The notes beneath the pieces are model-generated. The model saw nothing but the letters and a program-made list of their open reading frames with translations, had not been told where the DNA came from and did not search any database. A stretch of 64,000 bases of DNA from Octopus vulgaris (lineage: Eukaryota), in the NCBI GenBank assembly GCA_951406725.2, contig OX597819.1, forward strand, positions 105,152,001 to 105,216,000, written 5' to 3'. Shown here piece by piece: positions 40,700 through 53,440 of the stretch. The translations under genes and the position numbers were made by a program. The stretch's first letter is position 1. Each line of letters opens with the position of its first letter.

Positions 40700-41330
40700 T
40701 AATCTGCCTGTTATCCCACTAAACCTAATGTGTGTCTACACTTGGCACAACTTATAGAATTTCTACCAACCCCTTTTCTATTGACAGAAATGGCCATTTC
40801 CTTGATGCTATAAGTGTCATGTTTTCTTTAAGGCCTTTCAGTTCTCGATTCTGCTTCTATGTCTGGAATTTCAGCCTCAATAACTACAGATACTTTTGTA
40901 AGAGCTAAGTCATCAGCTATGGCCACCTATGGGTAGCTCGTCATAAATATCTGTTATAGCTTAGAAGATTATAATGAATTAAGAAGTGAGCTTTGATATA
41001 CTCTTGCCTGCATACTAAATTCATCACTGAACTCATTGCTGATTTCCACTGTGCTGGCTGCCTCTAAGACATTCATCTACTGCTACTTTCATAGAGACAA
41101 CCAAATTGCAGAGGGAGGCTATCAAAGGCCTTCTCTAGATTAATGAATGCTAGCTCACTTTTAGCCATGCACTTCTCTTGCTGTTGTCTTACAGGGAATG
41201 TGGCATCAGTGGTGTCTGCAAAATTCCAAAGATCACCAAAATTCCATTAAAATCACTCTCTTTGTCCATATCTGATCCTAAGGGATTTTGATGATCTCTC
41301 CATTATATCCCTTCTTTACCAGACATGGTA
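40700..41330 (-). mobile_element. Degenerate RTE reverse transcriptase fragment
   Basis: The minus strand gives LEKAFDSLP, ADDLAL and RKGVGRNSISCAKC. Confidence 0.7.
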
Positions 41331-43949
41331 CAAGTAACAGCAAACTCTTTTCTTCAGGTTTGTGGGTATTGTGGTTGTCGGCAGCAAAAAATGCACAATA
41401 AAAGAACAAATGGATAAGCCTGAAGCTAACTTGGTTCTTAAGTCCATACATCAACTCAGCAGGAGTCTCAAATTCTCTATCTTAGAATTGTGTATTTGTC
41501 TTTTCTTTTTTAGTGATAACCTCATTAGTGTATATGAAACTCTATAATCAAGGTATGTATTTCAGTGGGTGTGGTGAAAATTCTTTTTAGTGGAAATATC
41601 TGTCATTACAAACTTCTTTAAACAAGCCCTTATTTTTATGTCCATTCAGCAAAAATTTAGCTCTGGAAATGCTTATAATTACAAAAGTTCCAGTTAACAC
41701 CAACTATAAAAAGGGTAGGTGAGGTGACAGAGTCTTGGGAATCTCAGATAAAATATTTCGTGTTATTTTTACTTCAAGTTCAAATCCTTCTGAGAAAATT
41801 ACCAGTTCAGTATGTCACCTTCAGTAGGATTTCTGTTCAGTGTAAAAAGAGTACGAACAAATACTGCAAAGCACTTTTTCCAGTACACTAATAATTCTGC
41901 CATTTCAGTGCCCTTCAATAATAGGCAAAAAGGATCATAAAAGAATCTATTATTACCACAGGAAAACTGCCCCACCCCGATTAAAAGAACAAACTTATTA
42001 ACTCTGATAAAACTCTAGATTTATTCAATAAAATAAAGGAGCTTCTATGAAGTCATTTGACCTGCTAGAAATATCAGCTAGGGTTCTCTCAACACATACC
42101 TTCTTAAAGTAGGAAAAAGAAGAGGGAAATATTGAAAAATTTAGTCTGAGATATAGTCTATGTCTGCATGCAAAACAACCCACACTTTTAAATTTAACAA
42201 ACTCTCATAATAACTAAAAAATCAAGGTAACAGGCTGGGCTATATGGTTAAAAAGCTTGTTTCTTAACTTCATGCTTTCAAGTTCAGTCCCACTACTTGG
42301 TACCTTGGGCAAGTGTCTTCTATTATAGCCCTTCTGAGTGAATTTGGTAGATGAAAACTGAAGGAAGCTAATTGTGTGTGTATAGAGGTTTTGACCTTTG
42401 GTTGTGTAAAGGATATCAATGGGCATGCTCTGCTTACTTAGATGAGTCAGGTGTGAAGTACATTTACTGCCAGGGAGAGCTTACATAAAACAAGCTAATT
42501 TCCAACCAGTTGGCTGATTTATTGCTAGGTGGTAAAGCATACCGAGTGGTAGAGGGGGAGACATTGCTTAGTATGAATGTAGTTTCATGCTGGGTCAACA
42601 TTATTAGACATCTGTCAAATGGTCAGAAAGAGTTAAGATTAACTACATATTCAGCCAAGTATGTAGTTATCTTCAGTGGTGACATCAAAGTAAGATAAAA
42701 TTTAGTGTATTAATGAATGAATATAAAAATGAAACTACTGATGGAGGTCATCTCGACAATTCACTTATTTACTTTTATAGCTTGAGGAGAAACGCATGAA
42801 TACTATGTAGGTTGAGATAAAAGACAGATATTGGATTGTGATTGGTTACCATAAGGAGGAACTTTTATATTGTGATTGGTTGTTCAATTAGTGAGAAGAG
42901 GTTGTACTATGGCTACTCTGTGCACATGAAAGATATGGCCGAAACTACGGTTATACTATAGACATCAAAAAGATTACTATAATCACGGCTACATTACAGA
43001 CATGAAAGATATATGTGTTTTATATTTATTAATATATTCATAGTAGTTAGAATGGTGGACTGACAGAATCACTAGAACTCTCATAAAAAAAAGGCAACCC
43101 CCCCCCCACCTTGCTGTATTTCATGTTCTTTTCAAATTCCCTCTGAATTAACTATGCTTTTCATCCTTATGGGGTGGGGTTAATAATATAAACCTTGCCC
43201 ATGGAGTAGAGCAGATTTAATTAACTCTTCCCTTCCTCATAAACTGTGGCCATGTGCCACATTTAAAGATCATTATATCTAATGTTGTTAAGCCATACCT
43301 TTTTATCAATGGTCTTTAGATTTTTTTACTTTTTTAATTAATATTTTTCTCACCTAAATTAATATTGGTTTTTCTTTCCTTTTTAATTAGTATTATCATT
43401 TGTTTCCCTTTCATTTTTAATATTGGTCTTTTTTACTTCCTCAATTAATGTTTTTTGTTTTCTTTGTAATTAATATTAATTTTTAATTTATCATTTTTTT
43501 TATTAAATTGTCTTTTTAATGAATACTAGTTTTGGATCTTTACCTTTTGACCTACAGATTTAAAAAATAAATTTTTGTAACTAAACACTTTAAAAACTTC
43601 GGACACTGGTAGAATGTGTCATATAAAATATCTTTTACTCTTAGCATTTTTGAGAAAAACATATATTTACGAAGTTATTTCACCTTAAAGTTCTCGTATT
43701 TTGGTAATTTCAATCAATGATGTGTATTCAACTGAATAAAATTACTGCCGTTGTTTGTCAACAAGTATGATGAAAATAGCTCTTCCTTCCCGTTTGAAGG
43801 AAGGAGGTGTGATGATATTGATGATAGCATTGGCTGATAAACCAACTCATCCCACACGTGACAGCAATCGTTCGACATAAACCCACAGGTGGGAAATTGT
43901 TGGACACTGCATGAGTGTGTGCAGAATGGTTTCATTGCTCTGACCACAT

Positions 43950-44556
43950 CACGGGCAGGTCGGCCCCGTGTTTCTTGAGCTGTGTCTTTAGAGCTTATCC
44001 CGAACGGGTAGCGCTTCTCGGTAGCACTGCCAGGCCAGGGACCTCTGGAAGTTGTCCATAGGTCCTGGCCCGAAAGTCATCCTGAACAGGCGGGTCAGGT
44101 ATTCCTCATCAATGCCCATGTTCGACAGTTTCCTCTCGGCCCATTGCCGGGCGAGAGTGACCACCATACTCGTTATCTCGTTTCAGTTCTCCATTTGGAG
44201 GTCCGGACCAAACCAGACCCCGAGCAACTCGACCGGTGCTGGTGGACAGCATGGGCTTGCTTCTCCAGGTGCTGAGCCGCAAGCCCACTGACTTTTCCCG
44301 GTTGATTTTCGCACATGTCACCACTTCGTAGTCTTGCAGTGTCTCACCGACCAGCTCGATGTACTCGTGGCTAGACAGTATGATGGTGACGTCGTCCGCG
44401 TATGCAGACGCTTGTCCTGCATCCCATTTCTCGTGGGATGCCCCTCAGAGTTGCCAGCTTCTGCATTAATGGCTCGAGAGTCAATATGTGTAGAAGCGAC
44501 GAGAGGGGGCATCCCTGACGGACCAAACATGCAATGTCGAAAGGTCTCAATAGATG

Positions 44557-44561
<5 letters not shown>
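43950..44561 (-). mobile_element. L1/Tx1-clade reverse transcriptase fragment, frameshifted
   Basis: VRQGCPLSSLLHILTLEPL, SAYADDVT and YEVVTCAKINREKS; a GC-rich island truncated at (TA)n. Confidence 0.88.
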
Positions 44562-44615
<54 letters not shown>

Positions 44616-44664
44616 ATATATATACATAGTCCATATATACATATATATATGTACATATACATAC

Positions 44665-44703
<39 letters not shown>

Positions 44704-44755
44704 AGAAATATTGAATTTCTAAATTTCTTGTAGAGAGATGTACGGTGGTGGGGCG

Positions 44756-44894
44756 ATAGAATGGTTGTGTACTGTCAATCTAGCAAGAACGTGACAGAAC
44801 GCCTCCTGTCAGGAGGCGTTCGATGCCTCCTAAGGCTATACAACGGTAGTGTACCCCCTACTGTCACGTTCTTGTTAGATTGACAGTATACAAC

Positions 44895-44902
<8 letters not shown>
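44756..44902. repeat. 42-bp inverted repeat (40/42) enclosing a palindrome with 12-bp arms, in a TA tract
   Basis: Arms 44756-44797 / 44861-44902; GAACGCCTCCTG-T-CAGGAGGCGTTC at 44797-44821. Confidence 0.92.
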
Positions 44903-44940
<38 letters not shown>

Positions 44941-45677
44941 ACACGCACACACACATACACATAATCATGATTTAGTGTCAGCTACCAGGTTCCAGTTTGA
45001 TTTTGGCCTGGTTCCTACAGTTGGATGCCTCCTAATGCGAACCACTCCAAGAGTGTAGTGGGTGTCTTTTGCATGTTACCTGCACGAGTGCTTTTTATGT
45101 CTATATTTGTGTGTGTTTTTGTTTCCTTATCTTGATGTTGCGTGATAGTTGTAAGGGAATGTCACCATCATACAATTGATATTGTTTGTTTTCACTCTTA
45201 TATGAAAATCTGTCTGGGCAAGGGAAAATATCAAGTTACTTAGAATCGGGGAAGGGAACAGTTGGCAACAGGAAGGGCATCTGGCCATAAATATTCTGCC
45301 TTATTGAATTCCTTCCAACCTATGCAAGCATGGAAAAGTGAATGTTAAAATGATGATGATGATGATGGTGATGCTGTTGCTGATGATCATGTTGGTGATG
45401 ATAATATATAATGGTGTACTTTGATGAAGCTTTTTACACTGTTTAAAACTAGTTTAGTATTATTACTTCATTACTTTTTAAGTAGTTAATGGCTTCAAAT
45501 GGTATTTTTTTTTTTAATTTGAAAGAAATAAAGTTTCTATTAAAATAAAGTGTATTGTTAACCTGTAAATACCCAGTTTGAATTGTTATCTGTACAATTA
45601 ACTACAATAAAACAATGTATTTAAGTCTGTTTTCCCCACTTGTTTCTTTTTTACTCCCTCTTCCTGATACACACATG

Positions 45678-45736
<59 letters not shown>

Positions 45737-47079
45737 ATATATATACACACACATACAAATCTTGAAGCACACATAAATCTTATGAATAACAGCATTATGT
45801 GTGCTTTTTGTTCCACTATTCCAAAAAGGAATTATTTCATGTTCTCTTAAAGGCCTTTAAAATTCTTATGACATCATGTGCGTGTGTGCAGATGCACACA
45901 TTCAGTGCATACATACTCAACCTTGTGTATATATTATCATTTTAACATCTGCTTTTTAGTGCTTGCATAAGTCAGATGGAATTCATTGCAACAGATCTTT
46001 CTTTGGCCAGATGATCTACCTTTTGCCAACCTTCTGTTTGCAAGTAAAGAGACATTTCCCCGTGACCAGATATGTTTTAACAGAAGTCTGGAAATGAATA
46101 ACACTGCTTGTGTGACTGTGGAATTCATTTATGGCTGTCATGCATTGTCAGGGCAAGGAGAACCACACCCACATACACAATTAACACAACAGGCTTCTTT
46201 CAGTTTCCATCTACCATAACCACTCACTAGGCTTTGGTTAGTCCAGGGCTATAGTAGCAGACACTTGTGAAAGGTACTGTGCAGTGGAACTGAACTTGAA
46301 ACTACATGGTTGGGAAGCAAACTTCTTAACCACAGAGCCACACCCACACTTCATAAACTAAGTCTTGTGTATTTATACTGTTCCACGCCGACTGAATTTG
46401 CCTAATTGAATTTGCCAAATATGTTTCAGAGGATGTCCTTTTCTTTGTCTGAAAACATCAGCTTTATAAGATTATTACAGAAAACTTTAGTAACACAATG
46501 TGTGCATGTATGTGTGTGTGTTTCTGTGTGTGTTTGTGTGTGAGTGTGTGTGCACGTATGCATGGATGTGTTGCTGATATATGGTGGGTACCATATATTC
46601 TAAAGCAGAACAAATTTGTAATTTACACAAGATTAGCTGCTATTTGAGATTGTTAGGATATGAACCCTGACAGCATGACCCTTGGAAAGTTGTTAATTTA
46701 GAACATATAACCTTTAAAGCCAATACAGGCCTGCCACTGAGAGGGGTAATATTGCTGGTGGTTAGCTATTATTTACATTGTCTTGCAATTATCTATGGTA
46801 AACTATTGGCAATGACTGGGTCGCTTACCTAATAATGTTATTCCAGACAACTATTTTTCCCCATCCTCCTCATCTCCACTCACACTGGCACTCCTCTAAC
46901 ACATAACAACTAACTGTCTTCTTTCTCTGCTTTACTGTTTCTTTACTTCTAACGCATACACCTCCCTTCTTTCTCTCTCTGTCTCTATATTTTATTATTA
47001 ATTGATGGAAGTTATAGAGTGACTCAAGGGCCACATGAAATTCCAGGCCTTGAGTCACTCTGTAACTTTCTCTTTCTCT

Positions 47080-47458
47080 CTTTTACTTGTTTCAGTCATT
47101 TGACTGCGGCCATGCTGGAGCACTGCCTTTAGTCGAGCAAATCGACCTCGGGACTTATTCTTTGTAAGCCCAGTACTTATTCTATTTGTCTCCTTTTGCC
47201 AAACCGCTAAGTGACCGGGACGTAAATACACCAGCATTGGTTGTCAAGCAATGCTAGGAGGACAAACACAGACACACAAACACATACATATATATATATA
47301 CGACAGGCTTCTTTCAGTTTCCGTCTGCCAAATCCACTCACAAGGCATTGGTCGGCCTGAGGCTATAGCAGAAGACACTTGCCCAAGATGCCACGCAGTG
47401 GGACTGAACACGGAAACATGTGGTTGGTTAGCAAGCTACTTACCACACAGCCACTCCT
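47080..47458 (-). mobile_element. CORE-type SINE with tail A, young copy
   Basis: Near-identical to the split copy at 51483/53071. Confidence 0.9.
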
Positions 47459-48261
47459 AAGAAAAAATATATATACTCATGTTTTAAGTTGTATTTTCTT
47501 GTTTGTATCACCAAACAAACCTATACACATATGCATGTATATGTTTTTTCATCATCATTATTATCATGTTTTCCATGCTGGCATTCATAAGCACATTTAA
47601 AAATGTAAGAGAACTGAAATTTAATGCGCAGTAACTCAACGTCTCTGAGTGAAAATATTGGTTTATTTAGAAATTAAGTGAGCATGCTCCACTGGATGCA
47701 TAATGTTTATATGTGTGAACAACAAAGCTGAGAAAAAAAATAACTCTCTCCCATCTTCCTCTCCTTTGTTTTATAGAGGTAGCCAAATATCTCCTTGATC
47801 CTCTATCATAATCTATTGGTTCCACTCCCTCTCTCAGCTGAGAGGTCTTTGTCTAGTGAGCTCATGGGTACTGGCACCATGTAAAGAGCACCTGTGCTGG
47901 CACCATGCAAAAAGCACCTCTACTGGCATCACATGAAAAGCATCCATGCTGGTGGCACCATGTAAAAGACATCTGTGCTGGTGCCACATAGAAAGTAGCC
48001 TGTACACTCAGTAAAGTCGATGTTAGGAATGGCACCCAGCTGTAGAAACTATGCCAAAACAGATAATTTTAGCTTTATGCAGCTCTCTGGCTTGTCAGCT
48101 CTTGTCAAACCATCCAACCCATGCTAGCTTGGAAAATGGACATTAATGATAATGAAGATGATGATAATTTGATGTCCATCTTCCATGCTGGCATGGGCTG
48201 GACAGTTTGACAGGAGCTGGCCTGGTAGAAGACTACACCAGACTTCTGTGTCTATGTTTTT

Positions 48262-48702
48262 TCTTTTATTTGTTTCAGTCATTTTGACTGGCCATGCTGG
48301 GGCACTGCCTTCAGTCAAGCAAATCGACCCCGGACTTATTCTTTGTAAGCCTAGTACTTATTCTATCGCTCTCTTTTGCCGAACCACTAAGTTACAGGGA
48401 TGTAAACACACCAGCATCAGTTGTCAAGCGATGTTGGGGGGATAAAAACACACACACACACATATATATACGATGAGTTTCTTTCAGTTTCTATCTGTCT
48501 GTATGTATTGTGTTGTGAGTGTTTGCTATATACTAACTGCTTGTATCAGTGGCATCTTTTATGATGGGTTGTTGCATCACAAGGCTTCGTTGGCCCAAGG
48601 CTATAATAGAAAACACTTGCCTCAGGTACCATGCAGTGGGACTGAATCCGGAACTATGTGGTTGGTAAGCAAGCTACTTGCCACACAGCCATTCTTGTGC
48701 CT
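48262..48702 (-). mobile_element. CORE-type SINE with tail A, carrying an 85-bp foreign insert
   Basis: Consensus interrupted at 48494-48578. Confidence 0.82.
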
Positions 48703-48721
48703 ATGTATATGTGTATGTGTT

Positions 48722-49235
48722 ATCATCATCATCATCATCATCATCATCGTTTAACGTCCATTCTCCATGCTAGCATGGGTTGGACGGTTCGGCCGGGGAT
48801 CTGGGAAGCCAGAAGGCTGCACCAGGCTCCAGTCTTATCTGGCAATGTTTCTACAGCTGGATGCCCTTCCTAACGCCAACCACTCCGTGAGTGTAGTGGG
48901 TGCTTTTTACGTGCCACCCGCACAGGTGCCAGGCGAGGTTGGCAACGGCCACGGTCGGATTGGTGCATTTTACGTGCCACCAGCACGGAAGCCAGTTGAG
49001 GTGGCGCTGGCATCGGCCACGATTCGGATAGTGCTTTTTACGTACCACCAGTCCAGGGGTCCTGGCATCTGCCGGGTGCCAGTCATAGGATTGGTTCAAT
49101 TTCGATTTCGATTTCACTTGTCCCAACATGTCTTCGCAAGCAAAGGGGTTGGCATGGGTGCCTGTCGTCGGATGAGGTTCGATATCGACTTCGCTTGCCT
49201 CAACAGGTCTTTGTGTCCAAGGGGGGAAAGGCATG
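48722..49235 (-). mobile_element. RTE 3'-UTR element
   Basis: (CAT)n tail, ccatgctagcatgg, repeated gtgcttttttacgtgccac modules and (ttcga)n. Confidence 0.88.
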
Positions 49236-49838
49236 CATATATATATGTTATGTATATATGTATGTGCTACTGTCTCCTTGCCTTGACTTCACATGATTGT
49301 TGGAAATGATTCACACTGTCATCCAAGTGATATCCTTTGTTTCCAATCTTCTGTGAAAATATATCTGGTGATGACGAAATATTACCCTGCGTGGAAACAG
49401 GTGAAGTTTGACAGCAAAAAGGGCAGCTGGCCATAGAAAATCTGTCTCAACAAATTACATTTGACACATGTTGGAGCATGGAAAAGAGGATGTTAAAATT
49501 TCACACACATAAAATTTTTCACATTCCCATACCACAGGAAAGTCTACTTTTCCTGTTTGACAATATTTACTAATTGTGAATGTCCTTTGGATGTGTATTC
49601 ACATAATGTGACATTGCCTCTTAGAGGCATGCTTTATCAATAGAACAACACCTATCCAATAGGAATGGTGTCAACATAGATACTTCCAATTTGATGTCAA
49701 AGTGTGGTAATCCAGTAGTTGGTGTCATGTGTTGATTTAGTGCCTGACATTTTTTCTGTTGTTTATCACCAAACCAATGAAATCTACTCCTTGTTGTTTT
49801 GGTAACAGTGTCTGTAGTATGCCTTAGTGCCTAAATGT

Positions 49839-49883
<45 letters not shown>

Positions 49884-51707
49884 GCATACACATACATACA
49901 TACATACTTACCTAATTGTTGTCAGGTATTTTTGTATCTTTTTTGTCATCGTCATTCTAAGCATTCATCTATTTTCTTGACCATCTGTAATGTGTGTCTG
50001 TCTGTATGTATTGTATTGTGTGTGTTTACTATATACTAACTGCTTGTATCGGTGGCATCTTTTATCATTGGTTGTGTGCATCTGAAGCATGGTGTTCATA
50101 CACAAATCAGTAGATAGCTACATGGGTGGCAATGTATTTACCAATATGTGACATGCTAGCTAATGCCTTTCACTGTCTGGGAGATCACTGTTGCTCTCGT
50201 GTAATTCAAATGTCTGTTATTTTTTTTACCAAGGATATGTTTTAGTCATATATTCACTCACATTCTCTCTAATCACTGATTTCATGTTTTTTTCACTCAA
50301 GAATGGACTAGCAATCTACGACCATACGACATGCCTTTACCCCCACTTCTCAATCTTCTATCATCTAGTTTAGTGGCTCGGCGTCGGCGTCATTTAGTGT
50401 CTGTTCTCCATGTTGTTTGACAGGAGCTGGCTTGCTGGAGAGCTGCATGGTCTTCATTTATTTGTTTTGGCATGGTTTCTACGGAACCTTTACATATATT
50501 TCACAGACAACACCCACCAAACTTATTTTAAATAAAGCATTAAAAGAAACAAATGTTTTAGAAGAGAAAATTTGTTCATTTAAAAAAACTTTAAAAACAA
50601 AAAAAAATCACGTAATAATTTCTAATTTTGAAGCAAGTATGGCTGGAAGGAGGTGCAGGAGTGGCTGTGTGTTTAAGAAGTTTATTCCCAACCATTTGGT
50701 TTTGTACTGTATCTAGTCCCACTAGTTGGCACCTTGAGCAAGCTTCTTCAACTATAAAGTTCAAGCTCTCACCAGCAAAACCAGTGATGAAGAATCCTTC
50801 ATGCACTATAACAGAAATTTCCTTACTCTTTTAAAACTTCATTGTATCTAATTGTTAATATAATTCATTACTGCTGAACTTTCAATCATGTATGATTACA
50901 ATGAAATTCATTGAACATTTGAACTTTTATTATTGTCTATCTCTGTGAAATCTTGTTAAATATTGGAATATTTGAATATGTATGAACATTTGATCTTTGT
51001 TTTCAATCATGTTTTTCTCTTGTACCTTCTAGCTCTCTTAAATTCTTTTTTTTTATATATCTACTATTGAAAAACAAGAAATTGTTGAAACCTGTATGGT
51101 ATTCTAATATATTTGTTAGGAAAAAATTTAAGTTGCAATTCATTTTAAGACTTGGGTGAATTTTTCAACCCACAAAACTTACTCTCTTATACACATACAC
51201 ATACTACTATGTGTGTGTGTGTGTTTGTACCTCTTCATCTTGACATCATGTGATAGTTGTAAACAAATGTCACTATCATATAAGCAATATCATTTGTCTT
51301 CAGTCTTCCATGAAAACAACTTGTCATGAGGAAATCTTACATTGCTAGGAAACAAGTGAAGGTTGATTACAGGAAAGGCATCCAGCCATAGAAAAATGTT
51401 TCAATAATTTCTGTCTGGCTCATGCAAGCATCGGAAAAGAGGATGTTAAAGTGATGATTTTTTTTTAAAAAAAAATTTTTTGTTTTTACTTGTTTCAGTC
51501 ATTTGACTGCGGCCATGCTGGAGCACCGCCTTTAGTCGAGCAAATCGACCCCGGGACTTATTCTTTGTAAGTCCAGTACTTATTCTATCGGTCTCTTTTG
51601 CCGAACCGCTAAGTGACCGGGACGTAAACACACCAGCATCAGTTGTCAAGCAATGCTAGGGGGACAAACACAGACGCACAAACACGTACACACATATATA
51701 TATATAC

Positions 51708-53069
51708 CCAGTGTAAGCTATGGACACATAAGAGGTGCAGCAATGTCAAAGGTAGGCTAACTGGGAAGATAGTTTTTGTATGTGGCAGGTGCTCTGGAGC
51801 ATTGACCTCCAAAAATCTGCAGAAAACAACTTCTGTCACTTTCCGGGGGAAAAACTAGAAGTAGTTGATAGCTTCCGCTATCTAGGTGACCAAGTCAGTA
51901 GTGGGGGTGGGTGCGCTGAAAGTGTAACTGCTAGAATAAGAATAGCCTGGGCAAAGTTTAGGGAGCTCTTACCTCTGCTGGTGACTAAAGGCCTCTCGCT
52001 CAGAGTAAAAGGCAGACTGTATGATGCATGTGTACGAACAGCTATGCTACATGGCAGTGAAACATGGGCCGTGACTGCTGAGGACATGCGTAAGCTCGTG
52101 AGGAACGAAGCCAGTATGCTCCGATGGATGTGTAATGTCAGTGTACTTACTCGACAGAGCGTTAGTACCTTGAGAGAAATGTTGTACCTAAGAAGCATCA
52201 GTTGTTGTGTGCAAGAGAGACGATTGCGCTGGTATGGTCATGTGGCGAGAATGGATGAAGATAGGTGTGTGAGAAAGTGCCAATCCCTAGCAGTTGAGGG
52301 AACCCGTGGAAGAGGTAGACCCAGGAAAACCTGGGACGAGGTGGTGAAGCACGACCTTCGGACGTTAGGTCTCACCATGGAAATGACTAGAGACCGAGAC
52401 CTATGGAAGTATGCTGTGCGTGAGAAGACCCGGCAAGACTAGTGAAGCCATAATCCGTGGCCCCTACCTGGGACGTAGTCAGTCCACCTGTGCATACCTT
52501 CCTTCTTGTGACACTTGTGAAGACCTGTTGAGGCAAGTGAGAATCGAATCGTATCGAATCAAATCGAACCAAATCAAAATAGATGAACATCAATGGAATT
52601 TGTATCCTTGTGGTACCAGTGCCGGTGGCACATAAGAAAACCATCCGAACGTGACCGTAGCCAGTACCGCAATGACTGGCCTCCGTGCTGAGGGCACGTA
52701 ACAAACACCATCCGAGCGTGGCCGTCCGCCAGCCTCGTCTGGCACCTGTGTCGGTGACACATAAGAAAACACCATCCGAGCGTGGCCGTCTGCCAGCCTC
52801 GTCTGGCACCTGTGTCGGTGGCACATAAAAAACACCATCCGAGCGTGGCCGTCTGCCAGCCTCGTCTGGCACCTGTGTCGGTGGCACATAAAATCACCCA
52901 CTACACTCTCGGAGTGGTTGGCGTTAGGAAGGGCATCCAGCTGTAGAAACACTGCCACATCTGACTGGCCTGGTGCAGCCTTCGGGCTTCCCAGACCCCA
53001 GTTGAACCGTCCAACCCATGCTAGCATGGAAAGCGGACGTTAAACGATGATGATGATGATGATGATGAT
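51708..53069 (+). mobile_element. Young 5'-truncated RTE LINE: ORF end 51708-52442 with one frameshift near 51845, 3' UTR and (GAT)n tail
   Basis: LEVVDSFRYLG...AMLHGSETW...RRLRWYGHVARM...RGRGRPRKTW; inserted in the TA linker of a SINE whose halves are 51483-51707 and 53071-53238. Confidence 0.93.
52704..52893. repeat. Three 63-64 bp tandem repeats in the RTE 3' UTR
   Basis: aacaccatccgagcgtggccgtctgccagcctcgtctggcacctgtgtcggtggcacata at 52704, 52768 and 52831. Confidence 0.92.
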
Positions 53070-53440
53070 ATATATGACAGGCTTCTTTCAGTTTCCGTCT
53101 ACCAAATCCACTCACAAGGCATTGGTTGGCCCAGGGCTATAGCAGAAGACACTTGCCCAAGATGCCATGCAGTGGGACTGAACCCGGAACCATGTGGCTG
53201 GTTAGCAAGCTACTTACCACACAGCCACTCCTGTGCCTATGATGATAATGATGATGAATTTTAAAATTTGTCTTCAAAATAAATTTCTATATGATTTTAT
53301 AAAAAGATATCTTATCTTGTAGTATCCCAGAACTTTGTTCACAGACCCCAGGGGATTCCTTTGAACCCAACATAAAAAACTCTGATTTAGTCTGTGAGCC
53401 CCAACATCCTGAAATTCTACTTCACATCCTCTTTCTATGT

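Noticed and set aside
52704-52893. Regular repeats that might suggest a CRISPR array (also 5960-6154)
   Set aside because: Head-to-tail units without unique spacers, inside LINE UTRs, in a eukaryotic context
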